A DNA stretch of 64,000 bases from an uncultured cyanobacterium. GTDB lineage: Bacteria; Cyanobacteriota; Cyanobacteriia; Cyanobacteriales; Cyanobacteriaceae. The notes under the pieces were generated by a model. The model ran no database searches. It worked only from the letters and a program-made list of their open reading frames with translations, and was not told the origin of the DNA. The position numbers and the translations under genes are program-made. This document shows, in pieces, positions 45,612 to 55,925 of this stretch (its first letter is position 1; the number at the start of each line of letters is the position of its first letter). The stretch lies in the NCBI GenBank assembly GCA_963710605.1, contig CAVQBA010000004.1, positions 672,001 through 736,000 of the forward strand. Reading direction: 5' to 3'.

Positions 45612-46385
45612 ATGAAACGTCGTGATTTAATTCGTTATACGGGCTATGGATTACTTAGTACACTAATCAGTAGCCGATATTTACATTCTCAACCAGCAAA
45701 TGCTCAAAATAGCCAAGGCGTAAATATTGAGTGGTTCGGACATAGTTGTTTTGTGTTTGGTAACTCACAAGCAGAAATTTTAGTTAATCCCTTCACACCT
45801 CTAGGTTGTACCGCAGGATATACTCAACCTCGTCCTGTTGTTGATATCGTCATGATTAGTAGTCGCTTGTTAGATGAAGGTTCAGCCGCAGGTTTACCTA
45901 ATAATCCTCAGTTGATGGTAGATGCGGGCGTTTATCAGGTACAAAATATCGAATTTCAAGGTATCAAAACACTTCACGATCGCAACAATGGTAGAAGATT
46001 TGGTGATAATATAGTTTGGAAATGGAATCAAGGCGGCTTAAAAATTCTTCATCTAGGTGGAATAGCTTCAAAAATAGGTATTGAAGAAAAGATACTAATG
46101 GGTTCACCTGATGTTTTATTTATCCCTGTTGGTGGTACGGCTAAAACTTATAATGCAACAGAAGCGATCGCCGCTATTGACTTTTTAAACCCCAAAATAG
46201 TTATCCCGACACAATATTTAACTACAGCCGCAGAAACTGGAAAATGCGAACTCGATTCGGTTGATACATTCGTTCAACTTGCTCAAGCTCAAGAATATAA
46301 TATTCAAAATGTTGGCGGTAGAAATTTAAGAATCACACCTCAAAATTTACCCTCAGAAGGTACTACTGTTCGCATCTTTAATTAA
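45612..46385 (+). CDS. Tat-exported MBL-fold Zn-hydrolase-like protein
   Basis: MKRRDLI twin-arginine signal; WFGHSCF; ILHLGG. Confidence 0.8.
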   Translation: MKRRDLIRYTGYGLLSTLISSRYLHSQPANAQNSQGVNIEWFGHSCFVFGNSQAEILVNPFTPLGCTAGYTQPRPVVDIVMISSRLLDEGSAAGLPNNPQLMVDAGVYQVQNIEFQGIKTLHDRNNGRRFGDNIVWKWNQGGLKILHLGGIASKIGIEEKILMGSPDVLFIPVGGTAKTYNATEAIAAIDFLNPKIVIPTQYLTTAAETGKCELDSVDTFVQLAQAQEYNIQNVGGRNLRITPQNLPSEGTTVRIFN

Positions 46386-46550
46386 AAACTAAAAGGCAAT
46401 GAAAGTGAAAACAATAAATAGTACTAAAAGTGAACAGTTGTTCTCACTCAATTTATACTGAGTTTCTGCGTAGCTGAAGTATTTATTGTCAATTCTCCAT
46501 TATTTTTACTACTTATTACTCCTTACTCCTTACTCCTTACTCATTACTTT

Positions 46551-47426
46551 ATGCGTCGTCGTTGGCACAAAATACAACCCTATCTGTTTTTATTACCAGC
46601 ATTAATAATTTTAGGCATAATTGTTTTTTATCCCGCTATTCAAGCATTTTCCTTAAGCTTTTCTCGTTACGAATATGATTTAACCCAAAATCCGACTTGG
46701 ATTGGTTGGGAAAACTTTCAACGATTATCTCAAGATGAAGTGTTTCGCCGTACTGTGGTTAATACTTTGCTGTATCTAATCGGAGTTGTACCACCATTAG
46801 TTGTTTTGCCCTTATTTTTAGCTATTTTAGTCAATCAGAAACTCAAAGGTATTAATTGGTTTCGGACGGCTTATTATACACCTGTCGTAATTTCGATGGT
46901 AGTAGCAGGTATTGCTTGGAAGGCGATTTATTGGTCTAATGGTATTCTTAATCAATTTTGGTTTAGTTTGGGTTTTACCGAGGCGATACCTTGGCTAACT
47001 GATGCTAATTGGGCTATCTGGAGTGTGATGGTGGTGACTGTCTGGAAGGGCTTAGGGTATTATATGGTAATTTATTTAGCAGGATTACAAGGGGTTTCTC
47101 CTGAACTGTATGAAGCGGCATCGATCGATGGTTCTGTAGGTTGGCGAAAACACTTTGATATTACAATTCCTTTGATGAAACCTTATATTTTTTTAGTAGC
47201 TGTTATTTCGGCTTTGAGTGCGACAAAGGTTTTTGAAGAGGTTTATTTACTTACTCAAGGTGGCCCTCGTAATAGTTCTAAAACTGTGGTTTATTATTTA
47301 TATGAGAAAGCATTTCAAGATTTTGAGATTAATTATGCTTGTACGATCGGTTTGATTTTATTTATCTTTATTTTGATACTATCGATCGTTAATTTTGTTT
47401 TATCTCGTGATGTTGAATCAAGTTAG
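46551..47426 (+). CDS. Carbohydrate ABC transporter permease
   Basis: EAA loop ELYEAASIDG; TQGGP. Confidence 0.9.
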   Translation: MRRRWHKIQPYLFLLPALIILGIIVFYPAIQAFSLSFSRYEYDLTQNPTWIGWENFQRLSQDEVFRRTVVNTLLYLIGVVPPLVVLPLFLAILVNQKLKGINWFRTAYYTPVVISMVVAGIAWKAIYWSNGILNQFWFSLGFTEAIPWLTDANWAIWSVMVVTVWKGLGYYMVIYLAGLQGVSPELYEAASIDGSVGWRKHFDITIPLMKPYIFLVAVISALSATKVFEEVYLLTQGGPRNSSKTVVYYLYEKAFQDFEINYACTIGLILFIFILILSIVNFVLSRDVESS

Positions 47427-47521
47427 AAAAATCGATCGAAATTTTACCGACAAAAATTCAAGCCCCGTTTTTACTTTAAAAAAGTGAAATATCAAATCAC
47501 ATTAAGCTATAAAAAAAAAGA

Positions 47522-49027
47522 TTAAAGAAGTTCTTTTTTGACATAAAGTCGATAGTTTTCTTTTTGTGTTTTAAGCTGATAATTTTGACTCAAAAATTCA
47601 GTTAACTCATTCCACTCAAAACGTCCTAACAAAACTTGCTCTGGCTGATATTGATTAATAACATCGACAATGTCTTGCTCCACCATAATCCCTGTTTGAA
47701 GTTGTTTGAGAGAAAGTACAGCTACAGGAGGCGGAACAGAAATACCTGAACGAAAAGCATACATTGGTAAATCTGTCAATATCCAGTTTGTTTGAGGGCT
47801 TAATTGACTAATTTCTTCAACGATACTATATCTGAGATCATCTGGAGCATTTTCGTAACCACAAGTAACCTGCCATTTTGCAACTGTACGGTATGTTTTT
47901 TTTGTTTGTTCACCGATTAAAAGTACACAACCTACAACGATCGCAAACGCAATAAAAGTAAGTATTTTTTTCTGTTTCCATTGTCGAAGAAAAGATTGCC
48001 CTGAAGTAACTTTAGTTATAATTTCTCCGATCGCATAACCTACTAAAATCAATGCAGGTATATGAATCAATATCATATGGTGATACCACACTGGTTTATG
48101 TTGTGCTAGAAGTACGAAGGCAGTTATTAACCAAGCTGTGAAATAAAAAAGACACCATTGTTTGCGTTGATAAGCGATAAATGTTGCCCAAGAAGTAAAA
48201 CATGAAAGAAATATTAGGTAATTATTTTTGAGTTCTTTTTTTAAATTAATCTCTTGAAAAACATCAACACTTCTAGCACTAGTATGATTATCAATTAAAT
48301 AATGGATGTTATCTATACCTACTAAGGTAAATAAGATTAAAAAAGTAGAGCCTAAAAATACAGCTATCCATAAAGCAGGTAATTGCCACCGTAATTTTTT
48401 ACTTTTGCTATTTTTAAAATTATGAATATTTTGCTCAATAAATATTCCGATTACAATAATCGGAGCGAGAAAAAAGGTAAATAACTTTGTTGTAATTGAT
48501 AAACTTAAAAGTAAAGCCGAAACAATCAACCAAATCTTTTTTTTACTTAAATGCCATTGTATAATTGTGGTAACTGCACCCATTGCCAAACTTAAGCAAG
48601 GCAACCCTACCATAACCCCAACGCTTAACCTTAAATAATTGGGTGAAATCAGTAATAATAGTGAGCCTATCCAAGCATGAATACTGCCCCCTAAACGATA
48701 CAATATTAACCAAGTTTGCCACAAAATAAAAGTAGAAAATAGTAATATAATAGTACGAGAAAATTCTATGTTTGGTTCAAAAACACGAAAACTAAAAGCT
48801 AATAAATGAGTTAGAATTGGTGGTTGATCGTTCCAAATTTCTTGATATAATCGATAGTCATTATTCACTAAAAAAGCTTTCATTAAATTAAATCCTTCAT
48901 CGGTATCAAATTTAAAGCAATCGAATAAATAAATAATATTTAATCCTACGATAAGTAAAAAGATTGGTAGGATAAATTGTAGCCAAATTTGATTATTATT
49001 TAATTTATTAATTGACATAAAATACAA
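47522..49027 (-). CDS. ArnT/PMT-like (GT-C) membrane glycosyltransferase
   Basis: DTDEG; WNDQPP; many TM helices; TK motif. Confidence 0.75.
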   Translation of the reverse strand: MYFMSINKLNNNQIWLQFILPIFLLIVGLNIIYLFDCFKFDTDEGFNLMKAFLVNNDYRLYQEIWNDQPPILTHLLAFSFRVFEPNIEFSRTIILLFSTFILWQTWLILYRLGGSIHAWIGSLLLLISPNYLRLSVGVMVGLPCLSLAMGAVTTIIQWHLSKKKIWLIVSALLLSLSITTKLFTFFLAPIIVIGIFIEQNIHNFKNSKSKKLRWQLPALWIAVFLGSTFLILFTLVGIDNIHYLIDNHTSARSVDVFQEINLKKELKNNYLIFLSCFTSWATFIAYQRKQWCLFYFTAWLITAFVLLAQHKPVWYHHMILIHIPALILVGYAIGEIITKVTSGQSFLRQWKQKKILTFIAFAIVVGCVLLIGEQTKKTYRTVAKWQVTCGYENAPDDLRYSIVEEISQLSPQTNWILTDLPMYAFRSGISVPPPVAVLSLKQLQTGIMVEQDIVDVINQYQPEQVLLGRFEWNELTEFLSQNYQLKTQKENYRLYVKKELL

Positions 49028-49058
49028 TGAAGAATTGAGAATTGCACATTCATTTTCG

Positions 49059-49086
49059 GTAGAGACAAGGCATGCTTTGTCTCTAC
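49059..49086. repeat. GTAG-type REP-like palindrome
   Basis: gtagagacaaggca-tgctttgtctctac. Confidence 0.7.
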
Positions 49087-49121
49087 ATTAATTATTAATT
49101 ATTCTTGCTACTTTATAACAA

Positions 49122-49910
49122 TTATATTTCACAAACTACAGGAGTATGATCGCTAGGTTTTTCTAGCTTACGAGGTTCAACATCAATATAGCAGTTAGTT
49201 GCTTGTTTATATACCCCATCGGTAAGATAAATGTGATCGATTCGCCAACCTCTATTTTTGCTAAAGCCACCATGACGATAATCCCACCAACTGTAATAAT
49301 TACCTTCGTCAGTAAATTTACGAAAAGTATCTTTTAAACCCACTACATCTAATATCTCTTTTAATGTTTCTCTTTCGGTAGTTGAAGCCATTATATGATT
49401 ATCTTTTTTAGGAGTATAAATATCTCTATCTTCTAGGGCTATATTAAAGTCTCCACAAACTAATAATTCTTCTGAATACTCGTTTTTTAAAATGGTTAAA
49501 TATTCTTTTAATAACCTAAACCAAGCCAATTTGTAATCATATTTTTCTGAGCCAACTGAGTTACCATTAGGTACATAAAGATTAACAATTCTTACGTTAT
49601 TAATAACTGCACTAATAACTCTTTTTTGGTCATCATAAATACCAACTTTTTCGGGCGGTAAAATAGCTCCAAAACCAATTTTTAAATCAGTTAAAGGATG
49701 ACGACTAAAAATAGCAACTCCATTGTAAGCTTTTTGTCCAGAAATATAAGTGTGATAATTAATATCAGTAAATGTTTCGAGAGGGAAATCTTTATCTACC
49801 ACCTTCGTTTCTTGCAGACAAACTATATCAATCTCATTATCAACCAACCATTCTTTTACGTGTGTTTGTCTCATGCGGATTGAATTGACATTCCAAGTTG
49901 CTATTTTCAT
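49122..49910 (-). CDS. xth: Exodeoxyribonuclease III
   Basis: WNVNSI; LQETK; GDFN; WWDYR; WRIDH; SDHTP. Confidence 0.96.
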   Translation of the reverse strand: MKIATWNVNSIRMRQTHVKEWLVDNEIDIVCLQETKVVDKDFPLETFTDINYHTYISGQKAYNGVAIFSRHPLTDLKIGFGAILPPEKVGIYDDQKRVISAVINNVRIVNLYVPNGNSVGSEKYDYKLAWFRLLKEYLTILKNEYSEELLVCGDFNIALEDRDIYTPKKDNHIMASTTERETLKEILDVVGLKDTFRKFTDEGNYYSWWDYRHGGFSKNRGWRIDHIYLTDGVYKQATNCYIDVEPRKLEKPSDHTPVVCEI

Positions 49911-50061
49911 ATATCGATCGATGATAATACTTCAGCTTTGGTAGAAACTGAGCGTTGTCGAAGTTAAGTATAAGTTGGTAATCGATCATTATAATAAAGC
50001 CAAATGGACATTTATGAATTGACAATCAAATATCTTTATTATCTATAATGATATTACTAAT

Positions 50062-50457
50062 TTATCGATCGGACGTTTTCGTCTTTTGAATCATTTCTTG
50101 AATTGTTTCAGTTTCGCTAATTTCGTAAAGACTAATCAAACCATCCTCAATAGTAAATATTTGCTGAATTATTGCATCCGCAAGTGTATTCCCTTGTAAA
50201 TCTTTGATAACTTGATGAACGGTAACGACGTTTCGATTATTTTCATCAGTCTCAAATTTTAGCGTCTCAAGTTCGGGTTGAATATTTTTAAATTGATTAA
50301 TCCAATATTCACGTACTGCGTCACGTCCGTAAACAAAACCACCTTCTACTCCGTTTGCCCATTTCACATCTGGACGCATAAAGGAGATAATTGTTTCAAT
50401 TTCACGGTTGTTGAAGGCATCGTATAGATTTTGCAGAAATTGTTGATTTGAACTCAT
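50062..50457 (-). CDS. NTF2/SnoaL-like family protein
   Basis: LYDAFNNRE...DVKWANG..GG...GRDAVREYW. Confidence 0.8.
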   Translation of the reverse strand: MSSNQQFLQNLYDAFNNREIETIISFMRPDVKWANGVEGGFVYGRDAVREYWINQFKNIQPELETLKFETDENNRNVVTVHQVIKDLQGNTLADAIIQQIFTIEDGLISLYEISETETIQEMIQKTKTSDR

Positions 50458-50623
50458 AAATTATTACCATAAGTAAGAGCGAGAGTTTAATTAAAACAAG
50501 ACAGCAACACAACGGCAACTTCTTCGCCATTTATTATACATTACTCCTTTTCTTTTAACTCGTGTAAGCCCACAGACTTAAAGCGTTTGGAAACATTATC
50601 TATTACGGTTTTATAGTCGTTTG

Positions 50624-50652
50624 GTAGGGACGTAGCACTGCTACGTCCCTAC
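50624..50652. repeat. GTAG-type REP-like palindrome
   Basis: gtagggacgtagca-c-tgctacgtccctac perfect hairpin. Confidence 0.75.
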
Positions 50653-50754
50653 ATTGTAATGATTGGTTTTTACTTGAAATTACTATAAGTTTGTTAAAAA
50701 GCGATCGATTGTTAGGTTTCTTTTTATCAATTATCAATTATCAATTATCAATTG

Positions 50755-51906
50755 CTAGAATATATCCGCAGGGTCAGCAGATTTAAGTTTATTAACAGCG
50801 ATCGCACCAGAAAGAAAACACATAGCCAAAGTCAGTAAATAAACAGACAAAACCAAAGACTTAGTCATGGCTACAGGTAAACCAGTTGCCGCCGCAGTTT
50901 GTGCATAGAAAAAAGCGGAAATTGCCCAACCGGGTAAAAAACCAACACAAGCCAGAATAATCGCCTGTTGAAACACCAGAATTAATAAATAGTTATTGGT
51001 ATAACCCATCGCTTTGAGAGTAGCATATTCAGGCAAATGATCGGCTACATCGGTATAAAGAATTTGATAGACAATTACAATCCCGACAATTAAACCCATA
51101 ATTGCACCAAGGGTAAAAATAAAACCGATCGCAGTACTAGTTTCCCAATAAGTACGCTCAAAATCAATAAACTCTTCCTTAGAAAAAACTAAGACATTAC
51201 CACCAGAAAATTTTTGTCTTAATGTTTCTATCACTAATTCCTGATTCGCATTTTCTTCAAGTTGAATCACACCAACATCAATTAAGCCTTGTTGCCGATT
51301 AGGAAATAAACGTAAAAAATTCAAATCACTAGTAATAAAATTACCATCAGCACCAAAAGTTGAGCCAATTTCGACTAAGCCACCGACAGTAATCTCTCGC
51401 CCATCAATTTCAGTTTTAAGCTGTTTTTGGGTTTGATAAAGTGTCGCAATATCACCAAATTCAATCCGAGATTTTTGATCGAATAAAATAACATCGGGTA
51501 ATTTTAATTTGTCTAAATTTTCTTCGATTCCGGGTAAATTTAAAATATTTTCTTTAGGGTTAAAACCGATCGCCATTATCTGTCTGGTAGTTTGATTTTC
51601 AGGATTTTTCCAAATACCAAAACCAACATACATTGGATTAACTGAAGCGACTCCTTCTACTCCTAATGATTCGTAAAGATGACGAGAAGAAAAACTTTTC
51701 ATGGCAATTAAAGCCGTTGATTGAGGATTAATTAAAAAGACATCCCCTTCTATTTCTTGGTGCAAACGAATTGAGGCGGTAAATAAAGCACTTTTAAAAC
51801 CTAACTGCATGAAGATTAGAATGTCAGCAAAACTAATTCCTGCGATCGCAATTAATAAACGGACTTTTTCTTTACTTAGTTGTAACCATGCTAAAGGAGT
51901 TTTCAT
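50755..51906 (-). CDS. devC: DevC-family ABC exporter permease
   Basis: TPLAWLQL...FADILIFMQLG; YQILYTDV; EYATLKAMG; ADPADIF. Confidence 0.9.
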   Translation of the reverse strand: MKTPLAWLQLSKEKVRLLIAIAGISFADILIFMQLGFKSALFTASIRLHQEIEGDVFLINPQSTALIAMKSFSSRHLYESLGVEGVASVNPMYVGFGIWKNPENQTTRQIMAIGFNPKENILNLPGIEENLDKLKLPDVILFDQKSRIEFGDIATLYQTQKQLKTEIDGREITVGGLVEIGSTFGADGNFITSDLNFLRLFPNRQQGLIDVGVIQLEENANQELVIETLRQKFSGGNVLVFSKEEFIDFERTYWETSTAIGFIFTLGAIMGLIVGIVIVYQILYTDVADHLPEYATLKAMGYTNNYLLILVFQQAIILACVGFLPGWAISAFFYAQTAAATGLPVAMTKSLVLSVYLLTLAMCFLSGAIAVNKLKSADPADIF

Positions 51907-53204
51907 AATAATATATCAACTATAACTTGCGAATAAATTAAATTTTCAACTATAGCATTATCTTCAGTATCGATCGCTATTTTTACCTCAACTACCCTCG
52001 CATCAACACTTGCGGCAGGATCAGTTTCTAAGACATCTTTTTTACCAATTTTACGACTAATCTCAATTACTTCTCCTGTAATACGATCGTCAAAACTATT
52101 ATTTTCACTCACAATAGTCGCACTTTGTCCTAATTTTATCTTACTAATATCACTTTCATATACCTCCGCAATCACCAGCATTTGGGATGTATTTGCCATT
52201 TCCACCACTCCTTCTTCACTTTCGATATTTTCACCAACACGAGCCATCACGTCGATGATAGTACCGTTTATGGGAGCTTTGATAACGGTTAATTCTAAAT
52301 CAATTTCAGCTTGTTTTATTAACGCCATTGCTCGATCGATTTGGGCTTGGGCTTGGGCAACATCTACTGTTCTGATTTCGGCGATTTCGTCTAATTTAGC
52401 TCTGGCTTCAGCTATTTGTTGAGTTAAGGTATTACGATTTTGGGTAGCTTCAGCTTGGGCTTGTTGAATTTCTTGCTCTAAGGTGGTAACTGTACGAGAA
52501 TAACTAGCTTGTGCTTCCTGATATTGTTGCTCGGTAGTAGCAAGGGTTAATTGCCTAGTCTCCAAATTAGATTGAGATATTACACCATCAGTTGCTAATT
52601 GACTATAACGTCGGTATTCGGCTTGAGCGTTATCTACTTCGGCTGAATATCGGGCAATAGTGGCTTGTTTTTCTTTTCTTTCGCTACTTAGTTGAGCTTG
52701 AAGTCGAGCTATTCTTGCTTTATCTGTAGCTATAACTCCTTGTAATTGAGCTTGTAAACGATCGATTGTCGCTTTTTGGGCTTCAATAGTTCCTTGTTTT
52801 GCACCTGCTTGAATAATGGCTAAGTTTGTTCGAGCTACTTCTAAGTCTTTTCTCGTACTTTCTAATTCAGCTTTTTTTAATTCGTAATCTGAAGTAATAG
52901 CAATAATATCACCTTGAGTAACAACACTTCCTTGATTAACTAATAATTGGGTTACTTTTGCACCTGAGAGACTTGGTGCGGCGGCGACTTTAATCACCTC
53001 TGATTGAGGCTCTATTCTACCTAAAGCACTAACAGAAGTGATCGCTTTTTCGTTAACTAATGGTGTTTCTACCTGCTGGGTTTGGCTTTGCCTAAATAAA
53101 TAAATTCCTGTACCCGTAACCATAACTATACCGACTATTCCAGCGACGATCGCTATTCTCTTACTATGTTTGTTTTTGTAATTAGAAGTTATTTGTTCGC
53201 CCAT
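51903..53204 (-). CDS. devB: DevB-family membrane fusion protein
   Basis: VSALGRIEP; long coiled coil; AEVYESDI; DARVVEVKI; 4-nt overlap with devC. Confidence 0.9.
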   Translation of the reverse strand: MGEQITSNYKNKHSKRIAIVAGIVGIVMVTGTGIYLFRQSQTQQVETPLVNEKAITSVSALGRIEPQSEVIKVAAAPSLSGAKVTQLLVNQGSVVTQGDIIAITSDYELKKAELESTRKDLEVARTNLAIIQAGAKQGTIEAQKATIDRLQAQLQGVIATDKARIARLQAQLSSERKEKQATIARYSAEVDNAQAEYRRYSQLATDGVISQSNLETRQLTLATTEQQYQEAQASYSRTVTTLEQEIQQAQAEATQNRNTLTQQIAEARAKLDEIAEIRTVDVAQAQAQIDRAMALIKQAEIDLELTVIKAPINGTIIDVMARVGENIESEEGVVEMANTSQMLVIAEVYESDISKIKLGQSATIVSENNSFDDRITGEVIEISRKIGKKDVLETDPAASVDARVVEVKIAIDTEDNAIVENLIYSQVIVDILL

Positions 53205-53218
53205 AGTTTGTCAACTAT

Positions 53219-53279
53219 TATACTAGACGGTTCGGTCTGATTTACCTATTAATTATATACTAGACTAGACAGTCTGGTT
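53219..53279. promoter_or_regulatory. Twin palindromic operators (likely TetR) upstream of devB
   Basis: tatactAGAC-N6-GTCTg occurs twice (53219-53239 and 53256-53276). Confidence 0.6.
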
Positions 53280-53430
53280 TAGTTAATCAAACAAATGAAT
53301 AAATAAATAAATTAAATTATTATTGAGAATTATGCAAAAAAACTAATTAATCTCAGTTTGTTACCTAATATAAATAGCAGAAAAGAAAGATTTAATTTAA
53401 TAGTTTTAAATTAGGAAATAGTAAGTATAA

Positions 53431-54051
53431 ATGAATTCTACTTATCACCAAAAAAAAGCTCAAGAGAAAACAGAGCAAATATTAACAGGGGCGTTATCGC
53501 AATTTTTAAAAGATGGCTATCTAGGTGCGAGTATGGATAGAATAGCTTCAGCGGCGGGGGTTTCTAAACAAACCTTGTATAGTTATTTTGGTGATAAGGA
53601 AAGTTTGTTTAAGGCTTTAATCAAAAAGGTAACAACTGATAAGTTTCAGTTAGTTTGGTCAAAATCATTAAAAGGAAAACCTGAAGTTGTCTTAAAAAGT
53701 TTAGCTCAAAGAATTTATCTGGAAGTAAACGATGCTCAATATCTTGCTTTTGTACAAATAGTAGTAACAGAAACAAAAAATCATCCTGAAATTGGCGAAC
53801 TTTTTTTAACTAATGTAGCTAAAAGTGCGATCGATATTTTAACTAATTATCTCAAAGAATGTCCTGAACTCAATTTAAACGATCCTCAAGCGATCGCACA
53901 CATTTTTGTTAATACAATTATTCATCATATTATGACGCAAGAGATATTACAAGGTAAAGTAGTTATTCCCCTCAAGTTCGATCGTCTAATTGATAATTTA
54001 ATTAAGATGATTATCAATCACGGTCATCATACAATTAGCAATTTATGCTGA
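53431..54051 (+). CDS. TetR/AcrR family regulator
   Basis: SMDRIASAAGVSKQTLYSYFGDKESLF. Confidence 0.93.
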   Translation: MNSTYHQKKAQEKTEQILTGALSQFLKDGYLGASMDRIASAAGVSKQTLYSYFGDKESLFKALIKKVTTDKFQLVWSKSLKGKPEVVLKSLAQRIYLEVNDAQYLAFVQIVVTETKNHPEIGELFLTNVAKSAIDILTNYLKECPELNLNDPQAIAHIFVNTIIHHIMTQEILQGKVVIPLKFDRLIDNLIKMIINHGHHTISNLC

Positions 54052-54284
54052 GCGTAGTGGTCATTGAGCGAGGTCGAAATGCCAAAGTATTAGCTATTAC
54101 TTAAGTGTATTTACTCTAAGTGTATTTATTTTCTTTACATAAGTATTTTTAATGACGAAATGATAATTCAAGCTCAAATTTGCTTGTTTATACGTAGAAT
54201 TTTGTTATAATATTTTTAAATACGAATGATTAGTTTTGTGCCTAAGTATTTTGTCAATCTGAGATAGTGAGATAGTTAACAGTA

Positions 54285-54812
54285 ATGAGCCAATTTAACA
54301 ATCGTAATCTAGCCAAAAAGATAGAAAACCTACAAAAAGAAATATCTAATTCTTCTTCATTATGGGATGCAGAAGATAGCGAAAAAGAACAACAAGATAT
54401 TAGAAGGGTTAAACAAAGCTGGCGACATAAGCAGAATCGAAAATTTAAACAGGTACAAAAAAAACATCAAGAAAATAAAAGTATTAAAAAAGTAATAGTT
54501 GTCTTAATTGGGGTTGCTACAATTCCTGTGATTTTGACGACAATACCCTCTGTTTGGCAAAGTATTAGTTTAAAAATAGCTGAATATTCTACCCCTGAAA
54601 ATAAAATTGATTCTGGGGAATTAGTTACAACTCCTTGCCCTCAATATACTACTGAGCAATGTCAAAAAACGATCGAAGTAGTTAATGATGAGCCTAAAAC
54701 CATTGGTGATGAGTTAATTAATAGTCTAGATGCTGTGAGAGATTATAATCAAGAATTAAACAAAGCTATCAAGTTATCCGATGGAGAAGATGTTAATCTA
54801 GAGGATAAATAA
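54285..54812 (+). CDS. Hypothetical single-TM protein
   Basis: 175-aa ORF with one hydrophobic segment. Confidence 0.55.
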   Translation: MSQFNNRNLAKKIENLQKEISNSSSLWDAEDSEKEQQDIRRVKQSWRHKQNRKFKQVQKKHQENKSIKKVIVVLIGVATIPVILTTIPSVWQSISLKIAEYSTPENKIDSGELVTTPCPQYTTEQCQKTIEVVNDEPKTIGDELINSLDAVRDYNQELNKAIKLSDGEDVNLEDK

Positions 54813-54849
54813 TTTATTAAGCTTGATTAAATAATAGAGGTTAAAGTTG

Positions 54850-55104
54850 ATGGTAGATTCAATCATGTACCAAGAGGACGGTTATGTTGTTTTAACCAGC
54901 GATCGACCAGAAGAGTTAATGACTAAAGAAGAGTTATTATATAAACTAGAAACTGTTTTGAAACAAACCTCTAATTTACCTGCTGATGTAAGTAAGTTAA
55001 CCACAATACCCGAACAAGCAGAATATTTGCTAGAAAATTATTGTGAATTTAATCCTAATGACGATGATTATTTGCAATGGTATGTTGTGCGTTGGAATAA
55101 ATAA
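54850..55104 (+). CDS. crr7: Chlororespiratory reduction 7 (CRR7)-like protein
   Basis: SIMYQEDGYVVL...EELL..L...YLLENYCE...YLQWYVVR. Confidence 0.75.
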   Translation: MVDSIMYQEDGYVVLTSDRPEELMTKEELLYKLETVLKQTSNLPADVSKLTTIPEQAEYLLENYCEFNPNDDDYLQWYVVRWNK

Positions 55105-55161
55105 TTAATAATTGACAATTGACAATTGACAGTTGACAATTACTTAGAAATCTATTTTCAA

Positions 55162-55650
55162 ATGAATTTAATTACTGATTTTCAGATTACTTTTGCTCCT
55201 TTAGATATAAACCAAGTTTATCAATTAGCTGATAATAGTGCTAATGGTGCGGTGGTGATAATGAGTGGTACAGTCAGAGAACAAACTGAAGGTAAGGCTG
55301 TTACTTATTTAGAATATCAGGCTTATGAGCCAATGGCTGTCAAAATATTTGAACAGATAAGCGATCGAATTTCACAAACATGGCAAGATACAACTAGCGT
55401 GATTATTCATCATCGTGTCGGTAAACTAAAAATACAAGAAATAAGTGTCTTAGTTGCCGTCGGTTGCCCTCATAGACGAGAAGCGTTTGAGGCTTGTCAA
55501 TATGCGATCGATACTTTAAAACATAATGCACCTATCTGGAAAAAAGAACATTTTGCTGATGGTGCGACAAGTTGGGTAAGTATTGGTGCTTGTGAAGAAT
55601 TGACTAATAATAATTTCGTTGCCAAAAGGACGATCGATACAGATAAATAG
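55162..55650 (+). CDS. moaE: Molybdopterin synthase catalytic subunit
   Basis: GAVVIMSGTVR; LEYQAYEPMA; HRVG; PHRREAFEAC; PIWKKE. Confidence 0.95.
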   Translation: MNLITDFQITFAPLDINQVYQLADNSANGAVVIMSGTVREQTEGKAVTYLEYQAYEPMAVKIFEQISDRISQTWQDTTSVIIHHRVGKLKIQEISVLVAVGCPHRREAFEACQYAIDTLKHNAPIWKKEHFADGATSWVSIGACEELTNNNFVAKRTIDTDK

Positions 55651-55734
55651 AGTTCGTTGACAAAATAATCGATCGACTAGTGTAGTGAGGTTTTGGCTTT
55701 TAAAAGAGATATATTCGACCTTTTGCAAAATAAC

Positions 55735-55762
55735 GGTAGTCATCTGCATGGCTTAGTTAGAA
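55735..55762 (-). other. Left half of an attC-like site (R''-spacer-L''), truncated
   Basis: Minus strand TTCTAAC-TAAGC-CATGCAGATGAC; the stop codon of the upstream reading frame lies in the TAAC. Confidence 0.45.
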
Positions 55763-55886
55763 GAAACTAAAAATTACTCTATTTCTCTTGGATTTAGAAG
55801 TCATCAAATCTTTCAAGGATAACTCCACCACATTTCTTTCCCGAGCCTTCTCTACATTGTTGATTATATCTGTTTCCATAACAAGT

Positions 55887-55918
55887 GCGATCGCGCAGCG
55901 GCAGACTTCGTCTGATCG
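55887..55918. repeat. SDR5-like small repeat at a HIP1 site
   Basis: gcgatcgc-gcagcggcagacttcgtctg-atcg. Confidence 0.55.
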
Positions 55919-55925
55919 AGATCTT

